Below are positions 56,900 to 60,338 of a DNA stretch of 60,338 nt, in pieces. Source of the DNA: Octopus sinensis. Lineage: Eukaryota. Made by a program: the position numbers and the translations under genes. The notes under the pieces were generated by a model that searched no databases, had not been told where the DNA came from, and worked only from the letters and a program-made list of their open reading frames with translations. Where the stretch lies: assembly GCF_006345805.1 (NCBI RefSeq), contig NW_021832252.1, forward strand, positions 1 through 60,338, in the 5' to 3' direction. How positions within the stretch are numbered: the first letter of the stretch is position 1; each line of letters starts with the position of its first letter.

Positions 56900-59634
56900 T
56901 GGGACTTGAACCCAGATCCCTTGGAGATATATGAAGAAGGGTCTGGAAGCTTAAAGACCCTGCAAATGGACAGAGATTTAGAGAAATGTTACTTGAAGCC
57001 TTTGACGAAATAGAAGGGGGTATAGCTACACATGGGGTAGAAGACAACTGGACGCTTCTAAGGGACAACCTGCTGAAAGCCACTGACCAGATCTGTGGCT
57101 GGTGCAAAGTCCCCTCAAGACCCAAAATAACGTGGTGGTGGAGCAATATTGTTGACAGGGCTATTAGACAAAAGAAACAGGCTTGGAAGGACTGGAAGAA
57201 TGGTGGTAGCAGGGAAGTGTATCAGACTGCCAGAAGGGAAGCTAGGAGGCAGGTGTATTTAGCCAGAGGGGAAGCAGATAAGAAAAAATTTGCCAATGTC
57301 CTGCGCCGGGAGGATGAAAGACTTGAGGTATTTCGTGTTGCAAGACAGTGTGTGAGAGAGAATCGTGATGTGGTAGGAGAGAAATGTGTTCGCGAGGATG
57401 ACGGTTCACTTGCGCTAAATGAGGATGCAAAGAGAGAGGTTTGGAGATGCCACTATGAAAGGTTGCTGAATGAGGAAAATGAATGGGATAAAGAGAGCCT
57501 GCCGAATGTCGACCCAACAGAGGGACCAGCAATCCGAGTTGACAGTTCTTTAGTAGTTAAGGCAATTACAGGCATGAAAACAGGGAAAGCTCCAGGCCCA
57601 TCAGGTATTACTGCAGAGATGCTCAAAATATCTGGTAGTGTTGGTTATAGCCTACTCACCCGTATAGTTAACACGAAGGAGTCATACCAATGACTGGTGT
57701 AGCAGCATAATAGTCAGTTGCTACAAAGGTAAAGGTGACGCCCTAGATACAAATAACTACAGGGGTATCAAGCTGCTGGATCAGGTAATGAAGGTTACGG
57801 AGAGGGTATACCCCAACTAATTAGAGAGAGATTAGCTTAGATGAGATGCAGTTTGGGTTCGTGCCAGGGAGAAGTACTACTGATGCTATATTCCTGGTAA
57901 GACAGCTGCAGGAGAAATACCTAGCCAAAGATAAGCCCCTGTACCTGGCTTTTGTTGACATGGAGAAAGCCTTCGACAGGGTTCCCCGATCCCTTATCTG
58001 GTGGTCAATGAGGAAACTAGGGATAGATGAATGGTTAGTTAGAGCTGTGCGAGCCATGTACAGAGACGCTGCTAGTAAGGTGAGGGTTGGCAACGAGAAC
58101 AGTGAAGAATTCCGGGTAGAGGTTGGGGTCCACCAAGGTTCAGTCCTCAGTCCCCTCCTATTTATCATAGTCCTCCAGGCAATAACGGAGGAATTCAAGA
58201 CAGGATGCCCTGGGAGCTCCTCTATGCTGATGATCTTGCTCTAATTGCTGAATCACTATCAGAACTGGAGGAGAAGTTTCAGGTATGGAAGCAAGGTCTA
58301 GAATCGAGGGGCCTCAGAATCAATCTAGCCAAAACCAAAGTCCTAATAAGTAGGAAAGTAGACAAGTCACAAACGCCTTCAGGTAGATGGCCCTGCTCAA
58401 TCTGTAAAAAAAGGTGTAGGTAGAAATTCTATAAGATGCACCAAGTGCAAGCTATGGACACATAAGAGGTGTAGCAATGTCAAAGGAAGGCTAACTAGGA
58501 AAATAGTTTTTGTCTGTGGCAGATGCTCAGGAGCAATAAACACTGAAAATGTGCAGAGACCAACGTCTACCATGTTCCAGGGAGAAAAACTAGAAGTAGT
58601 TGATAGCTTCCGCTACCTAGGTGACCAAGTCAGTAGCGGGGGTGGGTGTGCTGAAAGTGTAACTGCAAGAGTAAGAATAGCCTGGGCAAAGTTTAGAGAG
58701 CTCTTACCCCTGCTGGTGACAAAAGGCCTCTCGCTCAGAGTAAAAGGCAGACTGTATGATGCATGTGTACGAACAACCATGCTACATGGTAGTGAAACAT
58801 GGTCTGTGACTGCTGAGGATATGCGTAAGCTCGCAAGAAATGAAGCCAGTATGCTCCGATGGATGTGTAACGTCAGTGTTCATAATCGACAGAGTGTAAG
58901 TACCTTGAGAGAAAAGTTGAACCTAAGAAGCATCAGTTGTGGTGTGCAAGAGAGACGTCTGCACTGGTATGGGCATGTGACGAGAATGGGTGAAGATAGT
59001 TGTCTGCAAAAGTGCCATACTCTAGCAGTTGAGGGAACCTGTGGAAGAGGTAGACCCAGGAAAACCTGGGTCGAGGTAGTGAAGCACGACCTTCGAACTT
59101 TAGGTCTCACCAAGGAAATGACTAGAGACCAAGACCTATGGAAGTATGCTGTGCATGAGAAGACCCGGCAAGACCAGTGAGAACAGTCAAAATCAAACCA
59201 AATCAACATCAGTGGAAATTGCAGCTGTGGTTAAGCGAACCATCCGATCGTTTGTCCGTTGCCAGCCTCGCCTGGCACGTAAAAGCACCATCCGTTCGTG
59301 TCCGTTGCCAGCCTTGCCTGGCCCCGGTGCTGTTGGCACATAAAAGCATCATCCGCTCGTGTCCATTGCCAGCTTTGCCTGGCCCCCGTGCCGGTAGCAC
59401 GTAAAAGCACCATCCGTTCGTGTCCGTTTGCCAGCTCTGTCTGGCACCTGTGCAGGTGGCACGTAAAAAGCACCCACTACACTCACGGAGTGGTTGGCGT
59501 TAGGAAGGGCATCCAGCCGTAGAAACACTGCCAAATCTGACTGGGCCTGATGAAGCCTTACGGCTTCACAGACCCCAGTTAAACCGTCCAACCCATGCTA
59601 GCATGGAAAACGGACGCTAAATGATGATGATGAT
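56900..59634 (+). mobile_element. 5'-truncated RTE-clade LINE (~2.7 kb), frameshifted ORF2
   Basis: QFGFVPGRSTTDAIF, FVDMEKAFDRVP, GVHQGSVLSPLLF, LLYADDL, LHWYGHV, GRGRPRKTW. C4HC3 insert. Repetitive 3'UTR and (GAT)n tail. Confidence 0.93.
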
Positions 59635-60103
59635 CACAGTGATATAGTTTCTCTCCTGTATGAATGGATTTGTGAGGAGTAAGGCTATTCTTTTGAGAGA
59701 ATGATTTACCACAGATGTCACACTGATATGCCCTCTCATTAGTATGCGTAAGTTCATGAGGAGTTAAATGACTTCTAATTACGAAGGATTTACCACAGAT
59801 ATTGCAGTGATATGGTTTCTCTCCTGTATGAATTGATTTGTGATAAGTAAGGCTATTCTTATGAGAGAATGATTTACCACAAATATCACAAGAATAGGGT
59901 TTCTCCCCAGTATGGATGTATTTGTGAGAAGTAAGGTTACTTTTCACTATAAAAGATTTTCCATAGATATCACAGGGATATTGCTTTCCACCTGAATGAA
60001 TACGTTTGTGAACTTTGAGATTTCCATTAGATAAATACTTTTTACAGACATCACATTGGTATGATAACTTTTCTCTTTCCTTTGTCATCTCTTGAGGATT
60101 CAT
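59579..60103 (-). CDS. C2H2 ZNF truncated in finger 6 by the RTE; reads ~18 codons into the RTE tail
   Basis: MNPQEM leader at 60103, 5 fingers (second has C-to-Y), then YHCD-HHHHLASVFHASMGWTV*. The upstream region runs off the window. Confidence 0.7.
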   Translation of the reverse strand: MNPQEMTKEREKLSYQCDVCKKYLSNGNLKVHKRIHSGGKQYPCDIYGKSFIVKSNLTSHKYIHTGEKPYSCDICGKSFSHKNSLTYHKSIHTGEKPYHCNICGKSFVIRSHLTPHELTHTNERAYQCDICGKSFSQKNSLTPHKSIHTGEKLYHCDHHHHLASVFHASMGWTV

Positions 60104-60338
60104 TATTGTTCTATAGTATACAAGCACAAAATATATTTTTGCCTCCTTTTTTATATATTTCTTTGTATATTCAAATACTTCTACTAATATATTTCCAGCA
60201 AATCTGATCTTCATCAATATCTGGACATGATACAAACACCTTCGGAGATTTTTCCAAGTTCAAGCAGAAGGTCAAATGCTTTTGTAAATATTCCAGGCAA
60301 TGAGGAAAACAAATGTTGATATTAATTCAGGAGAGATA

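Overview
AT-rich eukaryotic genomic DNA, most likely from an octopus. The SINE families and the C2H2 cluster style are ones I recognise from Octopus, but I cannot confirm the species. The window is a tandem cluster of C2H2 zinc-finger (ZNF) genes: nine copies or fragments at about 4.5-5.8, 6.4-7.8, 11.5-13.5, 19.3-22.9, 32.7-33.6, 37.1-37.7, 42.9-44.6, 52.0-53.0 and 59.6-60.1 kb, in both orientations. They were built by direct and inverted segmental duplications and are densely interrupted by transposons: CR1/L2, RTE and Tx1-like LINEs, two tRNA-type SINE families, a Gypsy LTR/gag remnant, a Helitron remnant, Merlin (IS1595-type) elements, and pogo/Tigger and piggyBac-like MITEs. The ZNF proteins have no recognisable effector domain, only a short leader of about 14 aa followed by fingers. 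They appear to share a two-exon design: a conserved promoter with a non-coding exon 1, a TE-filled intron, and one coding exon. Most striking observations: (1) one gene has a PRDM9-like array of 31 near-identical 84-bp fingers that vary almost only at recognition-helix codons, while its inverted paralogue has 7 fingers in total; (2) recent paralogues keep their flanks and first/last fingers but have replaced their internal fingers; (3) a Merlin-associated inversion lies inside a ZNF intron; (4) a tandem ORF1-only Tx1-like retroelement shares its 3' end with a SINE. Many 1-bp deletions in the finger arrays look like long-read consensus errors, so gene versus pseudogene status is uncertain. All alignments and counts were done by eye and some boundaries are approximate.
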